Of a stretch of DNA of 32,000 nt, positions 23,513 to 32,000 are shown in pieces. The notes under the pieces are model-generated. The model ran no database searches, was not told where the DNA came from, and saw only the letters and a program-made list of their open reading frames with translations. The stretch comes from Mycolicibacterium smegmatis (GTDB taxonomy: Bacteria > Actinomycetota > Actinomycetes > Mycobacteriales > Mycobacteriaceae), in assembly GCF_001457595.1 (NCBI RefSeq), contig NZ_LN831039.1:5580001-5612000 (forward strand), in the 5' to 3' direction. Within the stretch, counting starts at the first letter, position 1; every line of letters begins with the position of its first letter. Both the position numbers and the translations under genes were made by a program.

Positions 23513-23565
23513 CGACGAAATTGTCGCTACGAGCACCCGCGAACGACATTTGCGTCACTCTCGGC
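23513..23565 (+). repeat. 53-nt hairpin-forming interspersed element, copy c
   Basis: CGACGAAATTGTCGCTACGAGCACCCGCGAACGACATTTGCGTCACTCTCGGC. It lies between the DUF559 start and the vWA gene stop. Confidence 0.7.
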
Positions 23566-23585
23566 GCCAAGCGAAGCACGCAGAC

Positions 23586-25586
23586 TCAGCGCCGACGCGA
23601 CCTCAGGTAGTCCCCCACCACGGCCGCGCCCAGACCGTCGAGGTCGGGCACCACCACACGGCCCTGCACGCGGCGGGCCACCTGGTCGATGAACCGCGCC
23701 AACCCCGGATCGCTGCCGAGCCGGAAGATCGTCACCTGTGCGCCGAGGCGGGCGACCTCGTCGAACCCGCGCACGGTGTGGGCGATGGTCCGCGGATGCG
23801 GCGGATAGTCGAAGAACACCTGTGCGCCTTCGTCTTCGGAGATCCGGAAGTTCTCCAGGTGTGCCGTCGGTTCGCCGTCGGTGACCACCAGCACCACGGG
23901 CTGCGCGTTCGGGTGGCGACGCAGATGCCGTGACGCCAGGGCCAGGGCGTGGTGCAAGTTGGTGCCCTGCTCGTAGACGCCTTCCAGCGCGGTCAGTTCG
24001 GCCGCGCTGACGGTGCGGGCGTAGCGGCCGAACGCGATGATCTGCAACGCATCCGATCGGAACCTGGTGGACACCAGATGGTTGAGCGCCAGCGCGGTGC
24101 GCTTCATCGGCAGCCAACGGTTCTCCATCACCATCGAGAACGACGTGTCGACCAGCAGCGCCACACACGCCTGCGTGCGGGTCTCGGTCTCGGAGATCTC
24201 GACGTCGTCGACCGCGAACCGGATGGGCCGTTCCACCAGGCCGGTACCGGCCTGCCGCAGAACGGCATTGGTCACGGTGCGGGTGACGTTCCACGGCTCG
24301 GTGTCGCCGAACTGCCACGGCCGGGTCGCACCCGTCAGCTCGCCGGCCGCCCCGGCGCGGCGCGTGTCGCGCTCACCGTGGCGCCCGGAAAGCTGTTGCG
24401 CCACATCACGCAACGCGGTCTGCCCGAGTTGTCGCATGGCCTTGGGCGACAGCCGCCACTGCCCGTCGGAACCACGGTCCAAGAAACCCTGGTTCACCAG
24501 GGCACGCTCCAGTTCGGCGAGCGTGCGGGCATCGACGGCGGCCTCGTCACCGAGTTGGCGCGCGAGGGCCTCCAGGTCGACGTCGTCCATGGTCGCGCCC
24601 GCGTAGCTCTGCGACAACGCGTCGGCCAGTTGCTCCAGCTCGGCGATGTCGGCGAGCGCCTGCGCGCCCTCCCCCATGCCCAGCGGATCGTCGCCGGAGA
24701 ACCGTTGCGCCCCGTTCCAGTCCTCACCGGGCCGCGCGGACTGAAGGTGCGCGTCGAGGCGGTTCAGCGCGTTCATGAGCGACGGCGATCCGAATGCCTG
24801 CTGCGCCAGCGCATCCAGCTCGGCACGCTGGTCCGGCGAGAGGCTGTTGCGGAACCGCTGAGCCGCCGCGGCACGCTTGGCCAGCGAATCGAGCAGCTCG
24901 TCGATGTTCTGCGGGTTCTCCGGAAAGAACTCGCCGTGCTTGTCCATGAAGTCCTGGAAATCCTGCTGCGTATCCTGCCCGGCGGCGTGCTTGTCCAGCA
25001 GATTGTTCAGGTCATCCAGCATGTCGTTGACGCGCTGGCGGTCCTCGTCGGTGGCGTTCTCCAGCGCCTGCTTCATGCCTGCGAAACGTTGGTCGAGCAT
25101 CTCGCGGCCCATCAGGTCCTTGATCTGCTCGTACTTCTCGCGTGCCTCCTGCGAACGCCAGTCGTACTCGGCGAGCTCCTGCACGGCCTTGGCCGGCGAC
25201 GGCGACAACGCATCGAGTTGCAGTTCCCCGAAACGCGCGTCGTCGTCGAGCGCACGCGCGAGTTCCTTGCGCTCGGCCAGCACGGCCTCGTCGAGCAGCT
25301 TCTTGATCTCCTGCAGCGTCCCGTCGAGGTTGTTGCGCTGCAACAGCTCCCGGCGGCGCCGGTTGGCCTCGGCCGCGAGCCGGTCGGCACCGCGCATGTT
25401 CTGCGTGCCGCGGCGCATCAACTCCGACAGCGCACGCCGCGGTGAGCTGCCCTCCATGACGTTCTGGCCGATCTGCTCGAGCGCCTCGCGCAGATCGATC
25501 GGGGGCGCCAGCGGATCGGGGCCACCGGTGTACCGCGAATACCGCGAGGTGTGCCCGTGCCCCCGACCCGAGGCGTTGTCAGCCAT
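23586..25586 (-). CDS. vWA domain protein (Rv0959-like; ChlD-like partner of the upstream AAA+ ATPase)
   Basis: ATG 25586 ([12 protein letters not shown]) overlaps the upstream stop by 8 nt (ATGGCTGA). A long helical acidic N-region is followed by a C-terminal vWA fold with MIDAS DxSxS (LLVDTSFSM) and VVLVVTDGEPT. Confidence 0.88.
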   Translation of the reverse strand: MADNASGRGHGHTSRYSRYTGGPDPLAPPIDLREALEQIGQNVMEGSSPRRALSELMRRGTQNMRGADRLAAEANRRRRELLQRNNLDGTLQEIKKLLDEAVLAERKELARALDDDARFGELQLDALSPSPAKAVQELAEYDWRSQEAREKYEQIKDLMGREMLDQRFAGMKQALENATDEDRQRVNDMLDDLNNLLDKHAAGQDTQQDFQDFMDKHGEFFPENPQNIDELLDSLAKRAAAAQRFRNSLSPDQRAELDALAQQAFGSPSLMNALNRLDAHLQSARPGEDWNGAQRFSGDDPLGMGEGAQALADIAELEQLADALSQSYAGATMDDVDLEALARQLGDEAAVDARTLAELERALVNQGFLDRGSDGQWRLSPKAMRQLGQTALRDVAQQLSGRHGERDTRRAGAAGELTGATRPWQFGDTEPWNVTRTVTNAVLRQAGTGLVERPIRFAVDDVEISETETRTQACVALLVDTSFSMVMENRWLPMKRTALALNHLVSTRFRSDALQIIAFGRYARTVSAAELTALEGVYEQGTNLHHALALASRHLRRHPNAQPVVLVVTDGEPTAHLENFRISEDEGAQVFFDYPPHPRTIAHTVRGFDEVARLGAQVTIFRLGSDPGLARFIDQVARRVQGRVVVPDLDGLGAAVVGDYLRSRRR

Positions 25587-26964
25587 AGACGGTCTCGCCC
25601 TCCCCGGACACCTTGTCGATCCGTTTCGCCAGATACAGCGCCTCCAGCGCCAATTCGATCGCGGCGGCACGCTGGCCCACCGACACCGCGTTGAGGCGGT
25701 GCGCGATGGCGTCGATGGCGGGCAGGTCCGGCAGCGCCGCCACAACGTCTTTGGCGGAGACGCGCTCACCGGTGGTCACCGGGGAGCCTTCCTCGATCGC
25801 CGCGACGAGCGGGCCGACGTCGATACCGCCCAGCAGGCGCTGCGCGGTGTCGGCCGTGGCGCGGCGCAGCAGATGCTCCAGCACGGCCTGCTCCCGACCT
25901 TCTTCGCCGGTCTCGAATTCGAGTTTGCCGCGCAACACGTCGATCACGGTCCCGAGGTCGACCACACGGGCCACCGGATCGTCCTCACCGAGGATGGCCG
26001 CGCGGTGCCGCGCCGAGGCCGCGACGGTCTCGGCCGCGGCGATCGCGAACCGCGCCGACACACCCGAACGCTGGTCGATCGAGTTCGACTCACGGAGATT
26101 GCGCGCGAACCGGGCGAGCACGGCGAGCAGGTACTCGGGCACCTCGGCCGCGAGTTCGGCCTCCTGCCGGATGACGCCCACCTCGGCCTCGAGTTCCAGC
26201 GGGTAGTGCGTGCGGATCTCGGCGCCGAACCGGTCCTTGAGCGGGGTGATGATGCGCCCGCGGTTGGTGTAGTCCTCCGGGTTGGCGCTGGCGACGACGA
26301 GCACGTCGAGCGGCAGCCGCAGCGTGTAGCCGCGCACCTGGATGTCGCGCTCCTCCATCACGTTGAGCATCGCCACCTGGATGCGCTCGGCGAGGTCGGG
26401 AAGTTCGTTGACCGCCACGATGCCGCGGTGCGCCCGCGGGATGAGCCCGTAGGCGATGGTCTCGGGGTCACCCAGGCTGCGCCCTTCGGCGACCTTGATC
26501 GGGTCGATGTCGCCCACCAGGTCGGCGACGCTGGTGTCGGGCGTCGCGAGTTTCTCGGTGTAGCGCTCGCTGCGATGACGCCACTCGACGGGCAGGTCGT
26601 CACCGGAGTCGGCCGCACGGCGGATCGACTCCGGCGTGATGGGGCTGTAGGGATGCTCGCCCAGTTCGGAACCCGCGATCACGGGTGTCCACTCGTCGAG
26701 CAGCCCGGTCAGCGCCCGCAGCAGCCTGGTCTTGCCCTGACCGCGCTCGCCCAGCAACACCACGTCGTGCCCGGCGATCAGGGCCCGTTCGAGCTGCGGG
26801 ATCACGGTGTCCTCGAAGCCGAGAATCCCAGGCCAAACATCGCGGCGCTCGGCCAGCGCGGCCAGCAGGTTTTCCCGGATTTCGGCTTTCACACCCCGTT
26901 CGCGGTGCCCGGAAGCTCGCAGTTCACCGACCGTGCGGGGCAGATCCTTCGGTTGACTCACCAC
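25579..26964 (-). CDS. AAA+ ATPase, ChlI/MoxR-like (Rv0958-type putative magnesium chelatase)
   Basis: GTG 26964. Walker A is GERGQGKT. The Walker B region is [11 protein letters not shown]. The following ChlI-like block is [32 protein letters not shown]...LKDRFG. Confidence 0.88.
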   Translation of the reverse strand: MVSQPKDLPRTVGELRASGHRERGVKAEIRENLLAALAERRDVWPGILGFEDTVIPQLERALIAGHDVVLLGERGQGKTRLLRALTGLLDEWTPVIAGSELGEHPYSPITPESIRRAADSGDDLPVEWRHRSERYTEKLATPDTSVADLVGDIDPIKVAEGRSLGDPETIAYGLIPRAHRGIVAVNELPDLAERIQVAMLNVMEERDIQVRGYTLRLPLDVLVVASANPEDYTNRGRIITPLKDRFGAEIRTHYPLELEAEVGVIRQEAELAAEVPEYLLAVLARFARNLRESNSIDQRSGVSARFAIAAAETVAASARHRAAILGEDDPVARVVDLGTVIDVLRGKLEFETGEEGREQAVLEHLLRRATADTAQRLLGGIDVGPLVAAIEEGSPVTTGERVSAKDVVAALPDLPAIDAIAHRLNAVSVGQRAAAIELALEALYLAKRIDKVSGEGETVYG

Positions 26965-27074
26965 TCCAAGCTACGACTATGTGGGCAGTAAGGCATGGGT
27001 ACGCCTCAGACGCGTCGTCGTGCATGCCCCGCCAAAGTCGTGGCGAGTGCCCTCCGACCGGTAGTCTGCGGGCC

Positions 27075-28931
27075 ATGCCGTTGGCTAGCGGTCAGGTCTT
27101 CGCGGGGTTCACCATCGTCCGGTTGGTGGGCACCGGTGGCATGGGCGAAGTGTATTTGGCAAAGCATCCGCGGTTGCCTCGCGAAGATGCCCTCAAGGTC
27201 CTCCCGATCAGTGTCAGCGCCGACGACGAGTTCCGGCAGCGGTTCATCCGCGAGGCCGACATGGCGGCCACCCTGTGGCATCCGCACATCGTCGGCGTGC
27301 ACGACCGCGGGGAGTTCGAAGGCCGCCTGTGGATCTCGATGGACTACGTCGACGGCCACGACGCGGCGCGTCTGCTGCACGACAAGTACCCCAAAGGTAT
27401 GCCGGCCGACGACGTCGTGGAGATCGTCACGGCCGTCGGCGACGCGCTCGATTACGCGCATCAGCGCCAGCTACTGCACCGCGACGTCAAGCCCGCCAAC
27501 ATCCTGGTGACCGAGAAGCACGGCACCAAGCGGCGGATCATGCTCACCGACTTCGGTATCGCGCGCCGCACCGACGATGTCAACGGGCTCACGTCCACCA
27601 ACATCACGGTGGGATCGATGTCCTACACCTCGCCCGAGCAGCTCATGGGCCAGCCGCTCGACGGCCGGGCCGACCAGTATTCGTTGGCGGCCACCGCCTA
27701 CCGGTTGTTGACGGGCGCACCGCCGTTCTCGCACAGCAACCCGGCCGTGGTGATCAGCCACCATCTGAACTCGCCGCCGCCGAAACTGGGCGACACCAAA
27801 CCCGCACTGGCCAAGCTCGATTCGGTGATGGCCAAGGCGCTGGCCAAGGACGCCAAGGACCGGTTCGACACGTGCCACGACTTCGCGGTGGCGCTCGCCG
27901 AGGCCAACAAGGGCGACGAGTCGGCCGCACCCGTGACAGCCGCCCCGCCGCCGGTGATCACGCCGCCGGTTCAGACGGCCCCGCCGACGACGCCGCTCAA
28001 GGCGCAGACCCTGCCGGCTCCCCCGACACCCCCGACGCCTCTGTCGCCATCGAACCCGCAGGCGCCCACGGCCTCCCAGCCGCCGGTGTTCACCTCGTCG
28101 TGGGCAGGCCACGACGATCCGTCGGGCAGGCAGCCCGTCGCGGTCCCGGCGCCCGCCCCACCGCCACCGCCTCCGCCGTCGAACTTCGGTCCACCGCCGC
28201 CGGCCTACAGCCCGCCTCCGCGCAAGTCAGGAGGTGACCGCCGCAAGCTGATCATCGCCGCCGCGGCGATCGGGGCCGTGGTGCTGCTGGTGGGCGGCAT
28301 CACGCTGGCTGTCACCTCCGGCGGTGACAACGACTCCGCGGGCGCGGCTGCCACGACGTCGGAGACGGCGTCCGAGACACCCGTGACGACGACGCCCAAG
28401 AAACCGGGCGAGCACGCCTACACGATCGCCGACTACATCCGGGACAACAAGATCTCCGAAACCCCGGTGCACCGCGGCGATCCCAACACGCCCGAGTTGA
28501 CCATGCCGACCCCTCCGGGTTGGGCAGACGCGGGAACGCGCACCCCGGCGTGGGCGTATTCGGCGATCGTCAACGATCCCGCCTCGCCCACCGATCCGCC
28601 GTCGGTGATCTCGCTGATCTCGAAACTCGACGGCAATGTCGACCCCGAGAAGCTGCTGGAGTTCGCGCCCAACGAACTGCAGAACCTGACCGAGTGGGAA
28701 CCCATCGGCGGCGTGACGCGCAGCAATCTCAGCGGGTTCCCGTCGGTGCAACTCGGCGGAAGCTATCTCAAGGACGGCAAGCGCAGGGCCATCACGCAGA
28801 AGACCGTGGTGGTCGACATCCCGTCGGGTATCTACGTGTTGCAGATCAACGCCGATTCGCTCTACCGCGATTTCGGGGCCCTGGTCGACGTCAACAAGGC
28901 CATCGACAAAGAGGCCACGATCAAACCGTGA
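27075..28931 (+). CDS. transmembrane Ser/Thr protein kinase with Pro-rich linker and LpqN/LpqT-like extracellular domain
   Basis: ATG 27075. Hanks motifs are present: [38 protein letters not shown] Pro-rich juxtamembrane region precedes a single TM helix ([22 protein letters not shown]). The ectodomain of about 190 aa resembles that of the adjacent lipoprotein. Confidence 0.9.
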   Translation: MPLASGQVFAGFTIVRLVGTGGMGEVYLAKHPRLPREDALKVLPISVSADDEFRQRFIREADMAATLWHPHIVGVHDRGEFEGRLWISMDYVDGHDAARLLHDKYPKGMPADDVVEIVTAVGDALDYAHQRQLLHRDVKPANILVTEKHGTKRRIMLTDFGIARRTDDVNGLTSTNITVGSMSYTSPEQLMGQPLDGRADQYSLAATAYRLLTGAPPFSHSNPAVVISHHLNSPPPKLGDTKPALAKLDSVMAKALAKDAKDRFDTCHDFAVALAEANKGDESAAPVTAAPPPVITPPVQTAPPTTPLKAQTLPAPPTPPTPLSPSNPQAPTASQPPVFTSSWAGHDDPSGRQPVAVPAPAPPPPPPPSNFGPPPPAYSPPPRKSGGDRRKLIIAAAAIGAVVLLVGGITLAVTSGGDNDSAGAAATTSETASETPVTTTPKKPGEHAYTIADYIRDNKISETPVHRGDPNTPELTMPTPPGWADAGTRTPAWAYSAIVNDPASPTDPPSVISLISKLDGNVDPEKLLEFAPNELQNLTEWEPIGGVTRSNLSGFPSVQLGGSYLKDGKRRAITQKTVVVDIPSGIYVLQINADSLYRDFGALVDVNKAIDKEATIKP

Positions 28932-28937
28932 GGCGCG

Positions 28938-29591
28938 TCAGCGTTCGCCCGGCGGCAGGATCTGGAAACCCTTGATGATCGTCTCGGCGTCACGCTGATA
29001 GGCCGGATTGTCCGGATCGGTGGTCTGCACCGTGACCGCGGCGACGAACGTCTTGGTCTCGGTGTGCAGCACCGCGCCGACGACGATCGCCGGATGTGGT
29101 TCCAGACCGCCCATCTGGGGCATCTGGTAGTGGATGGTCTCGGCGGGCAGCCCGCACAGGGTGTGCTTTTCGGACGAGATGTTCGTCGCGCCCAGGCCCG
29201 TCTCGAGCGCCTCGCGCTGGTTCTCGAACACCAACTCCGGATCCTGTTCGCCCCGGGCGGTTTCCAGGGTCACCACCGCCGTCGGCGCGAACTCCTCGGT
29301 GCCCAGCGCGGGGTTGCTCATCGCGAACCGGATCAACTCCGAGTCGAGCATCGTGTTGCGGGTCCAGCCCTGCGGCTGGGGAATCCGGAGGATCGGCTCC
29401 CCGGCCGCCTGGGTGTCGATGTCGGTGAGCGGCGCGTCGACCTCTTCGCATTCCGCGGCGGAGGCACCGCTTGCGGCCCCGCCCGCCAGGTCGGGGCCGG
29501 CCACCGACCGACCGTCGACCACCCGGGTGCACGACGCCGTGAGCAGCGTGAGTGCGAACAGAACGGCTGCTGCTTTCGGAGCGGTCGTCAC
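28938..29591 (-). CDS. LpqN/LpqT-family-like lipoprotein (LprP-like position)
   Basis: GTG 29591 follows AGGAAGG. The signal peptide has a lipobox (LTLLTASC). The mature domain is collinear with the kinase ectodomain (PILRIPQPQGW...). Confidence 0.8.
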   Translation of the reverse strand: MTTAPKAAAVLFALTLLTASCTRVVDGRSVAGPDLAGGAASGASAAECEEVDAPLTDIDTQAAGEPILRIPQPQGWTRNTMLDSELIRFAMSNPALGTEEFAPTAVVTLETARGEQDPELVFENQREALETGLGATNISSEKHTLCGLPAETIHYQMPQMGGLEPHPAIVVGAVLHTETKTFVAAVTVQTTDPDNPAYQRDAETIIKGFQILPPGER

Positions 29592-29624
29592 GACTGCACC
29601 TTCCTCACGAGAAGGGACCGGTGG

Positions 29625-31208
29625 TCAGTGCGCGAAATGCCTTGCGCCGGTGAGGTAGAGCGTGATGCCGGCAAGCTCGGCAGCGGCGGTCACCTCGGCG
29701 TCGCGCACCGATCCGCCGGGGTGCACGATGGCCTTGACGTCGGCCTCGGTGAGTACCTGCAGCCCGTCGGGGAACGGGAAGAACGCGTCGGACGCGGCGA
29801 CGGCACCGGCCACACGGTCCCCGCCACGCTGCACCGCGAGCTTCGCGGCGTCGACGCGGTTCACCTGGCCCATGCCCACGCCCACCGTGGCGCCGTCGCG
29901 CGCGACGACGATCGCGTTGGACTTCACCGCGCGGCACGCGCGCCACGCGAACACGAGGTCCTCCAACGTCTTCGGGTCGGCCGGTTCACCGGTGGCCAGC
30001 GTCCAGTTGTTGGGGTCGTCACCGTCGGCGTCGAGCGCGTCGCGCTGCTGCAGGAGCAGACCGCCACTGATCTGGCGCACCTCGGTGCCGCCGATGGGCG
30101 GTTGTGAGGCCACCAGGATGCGGATGTTCTTCTTGCGGGCGAGCACCTCGACCGCGCCGGGTTCGTAGGCCGGCGCGATGATCACCTCGGTGAAGATCTC
30201 CGAAATGGTCTCGGCCATCTCGACACTCACCTCGGTGTTGGCCGCGATGACGCCACCGAACGCGCTCAGCGGGTCGCACTCGTGGGCCTTGCGGTGCGCG
30301 TCGGCCACCGATGTCGACGAGATCGCGATGCCACAGGGGTTGGCATGCTTGATGATCGCCACGCACGTCTGCTCGTGGTCGAACGCAGCGCGCCACGCCG
30401 CGTCGGCATCCGTGTAGTTGTTGTAGGACATCTCCTTGCCGTGCAACTGCTCGGCCTGCGCCAGACCGGGCCACGCCGCGTTGTCGCGGTACACCGCGGC
30501 CTTCTGGTGCGGGTTCTCGCCGTAGCGCAGCACCGCGGCGCGGTGCCACGTACCGGCGAACCACTGCGGCAGCGACGGTTCGACGGCTCCACCTTCGGCG
30601 GAGCCCTCCTCCGGCGACAGCGTCGAGCCCATCCAGCTCGCGACCGCGACGTCGTACTCGGCGGTGTGGCGGAACGCCACCGATGCCAACTTCTTTCGCT
30701 CGGCGAGCGTGAAGCCGCCGGCACGCACCGCGGCGAGCACGCCGTCGTAGCCCAGCGGGTCGACGACCACCGCGACGCTCGGGTGGTTCTTGGCCGCAGC
30801 GCGCACCATCGACGGTCCGCCGATGTCGATCTGCTCGACGCACTCGTCCACCGACGCCCCGGAGGCCACGGTCTCGCTGAACGGATAGAGGTTCACCACC
30901 ACCAGTTCGAACGCCTCGACGTCGAGTTCCTTGAGCGCCGCGAGATGTTCGGGCTTGCGGGTGTCGGCGAGCAACCCTGCGTGAACGCGCGGGTGCAGCG
31001 TCTTGACCCGGCCGTCGAGCACCTCGGGGAAACCGGTGACCTGTTCCACCGGCGTCACCGGAACACCGGCGGCGGCAATGGTTTTCGCGGTCGAGCCGGT
31101 GGAGACGATCGCGACGCCGGCCTGGTGCAGGCCGCGCGCCAGATCGGCGAGACCGGTCTTGTCGTAGACACTGATCAGGGCCCGCCGGACCGGTTTCTTG
31201 TCGCTCAT
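29625..31208 (-). CDS. purH: bifunctional AICAR formyltransferase / IMP cyclohydrolase
   Basis: The 527-aa product opens [20 protein letters not shown] and ends [18 protein letters not shown] lies upstream of ATG 31208. Confidence 0.97.
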   Translation of the reverse strand: MSDKKPVRRALISVYDKTGLADLARGLHQAGVAIVSTGSTAKTIAAAGVPVTPVEQVTGFPEVLDGRVKTLHPRVHAGLLADTRKPEHLAALKELDVEAFELVVVNLYPFSETVASGASVDECVEQIDIGGPSMVRAAAKNHPSVAVVVDPLGYDGVLAAVRAGGFTLAERKKLASVAFRHTAEYDVAVASWMGSTLSPEEGSAEGGAVEPSLPQWFAGTWHRAAVLRYGENPHQKAAVYRDNAAWPGLAQAEQLHGKEMSYNNYTDADAAWRAAFDHEQTCVAIIKHANPCGIAISSTSVADAHRKAHECDPLSAFGGVIAANTEVSVEMAETISEIFTEVIIAPAYEPGAVEVLARKKNIRILVASQPPIGGTEVRQISGGLLLQQRDALDADGDDPNNWTLATGEPADPKTLEDLVFAWRACRAVKSNAIVVARDGATVGVGMGQVNRVDAAKLAVQRGGDRVAGAVAASDAFFPFPDGLQVLTEADVKAIVHPGGSVRDAEVTAAAELAGITLYLTGARHFAH

Positions 31209-31218
31209 CGATGTCTCC

Positions 31219-31872
31219 TCATCCGAAGGTCGCCTTTCGTCCTGTCCAGATCACGCCGCGTGTCGCCAGCGCTGCCAGCACGTCCACCAGGAGCCGTCGT
31301 TCGACGACCTTGATGCGTTCGTGCAGAGTCTCTTCGGTGTCATCGTCGTCGATCTCGACGACCTGCTGGGCCAGAATCGGCCCGGTGTCGACGCCCGAAT
31401 CCACCAGGTGCACCGTGCACCCGGTGACCCGCACGCCGTAGTTGAGCGCCTCTCGTACCGCGTGGGCGCCGGGGAACGCGGGCAGCAGGGCCGGATGGGT
31501 GTTGACCACGCGACCCGGGAAACGGGAGAGGAATTCGGCGCCGAGGATCTTCATGAACCCGGCGGAGACCACCAGATCCGGGTGGTGCTCGGCGGTGGCG
31601 GCGGTCAGCGCAGCGTCCCAGGCCGCGCGATCGGCATGGTCTGCGAGGCGCACCGTGTACGTAGGCACGTCCGCGGCGGCGGCGACGTCGAGGGCCGCGC
31701 ATTTGCGGTCGGTGCCCACAGCGACCACCCGCGCGGGGTATTCGCCCGTGGCGGCTTCCAGTAGCGACGCGAGCAACGATCCGGCGCCTGAAGCAAGCAC
31801 CACCAGCCGTGCCGGTGCACTCGGAGGCACTCGTAGTGGTTGCTGCACTCGCAGCAGCCTAGTCCTCTGCAT
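31219..31872 (-). CDS. purN: phosphoribosylglycinamide formyltransferase
   Basis: Motifs [24 protein letters not shown] and [12 protein letters not shown]. The start is ambiguous. ATG 31872 would overlap the upstream stop by 14 nt. GTG 31848 ([12 protein letters not shown]) matches my recollection of the M. tuberculosis PurN N-terminus. Confidence 0.93.
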   Translation of the reverse strand: MQRTRLLRVQQPLRVPPSAPARLVVLASGAGSLLASLLEAATGEYPARVVAVGTDRKCAALDVAAAADVPTYTVRLADHADRAAWDAALTAATAEHHPDLVVSAGFMKILGAEFLSRFPGRVVNTHPALLPAFPGAHAVREALNYGVRVTGCTVHLVDSGVDTGPILAQQVVEIDDDDTEETLHERIKVVERRLLVDVLAALATRGVIWTGRKATFG

Positions 31873-32000
31873 TGCGCGGTTTATCGCCGGACACTTCTTC
31901 GTCACCGAACTCGTCGACGAAGAAGTGGTCCTCGGGGTCCTCGTCGAGCAGGTCGCGCGGCGAGCGGGGCGCGACGGGCGCGCCGGCGTCGTCGTCGGTC
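31859..32000 (-). CDS. 3' end of an upstream gene (acidic C-terminus ...[31 protein letters not shown]), start outside window
   Basis: The frame is open to the window edge, with strong third-position GC and stop TAG at 31861-31859. The position corresponds to Rv0955 (perM) next to purN in M. tuberculosis, but the identity is not verifiable from 47 codons. Confidence 0.55.
   Translation of the reverse strand, partial: TDDDAGAPVAPRSPRDLLDEDPEDHFFVDEFGDEEVSGDKPRNAED

Noticed and set aside
21691-23565. Integron-like cassette array, with the 53-nt imperfect palindromes acting as attC-like sites flanking cassettes
   Set aside because: No integrase or attI is present. The two bracketed genes are in opposite orientations. 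The elements are shorter and differently organised than attC sites. A REP/MITE-like repeat or a double operator is more parsimonious.
25587-25769. Upstream extension of the vWA ORF, and the similar extension 26685-27074 of the kinase ORF
   Set aside because: Both extensions overlap or run antisense to the ATPase gene and translate to Arg/Pro/Cys-rich sequence. The internal starts give canonical N-termini (MADNASG... coupled to the upstream stop; [12 protein letters not shown] before the Gly-rich loop).

Overview
High-GC actinobacterial chromosome segment of Mycobacteriaceae type, judged by gene content and by synteny with M. tuberculosis Rv0955-Rv0975. All family calls come from reading the translations; no database search was run. 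Left flank (1-6159): a translationally coupled operon of acyl-CoA dehydrogenase, acyl-CoA carboxylase beta and alpha subunits, a second acyl-CoA dehydrogenase and an enoyl-CoA hydratase, followed by an MscS-type channel. Right flank (20012-32000): Tat-lipoprotein PhoD phosphatase, an MBL-fold protein, a frameshifted AbiEi/DUF559 pseudogene, an overlapping ChlI/MoxR-like AAA+ ATPase plus vWA protein pair (Rv0958/Rv0959-like), a transmembrane Ser/Thr kinase with an LpqN-like ectodomain, a convergent LpqN-like lipoprotein, purH, purN and the 3' end of another gene. The middle (about 7469-20011) looks like an accessory cell-envelope island with visibly more A/T and rare codons. It holds an ester-cyclase gene remnant, an orphan hemophore-like gene with a small Cys-containing secreted protein, and two tandem paralogous secreted proteins. 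These paralogs have a PE-PPE-domain-like core but no PE/PPE N-domain, and carry long disordered acidic/lysine tails; their promoter and leader regions were duplicated with them. The island also holds a 20-aa SD-driven small ORF stop/start-coupled to a membrane-anchored propeller-like protein, an NmrA-like protein, a DUF1707 protein, a Pro-rich two-TM protein and a third secreted protein with a disordered tail. Unusually long non-coding regions there carry palindromes and short repeated motifs. Most notable non-genic signal: three direct copies of a 53-nt hairpin-forming element (21691, 22575, 23513) that bracket the MBL gene and the DUF559 pseudogene. No rRNA, tRNA, CRISPR array or transposase was seen.
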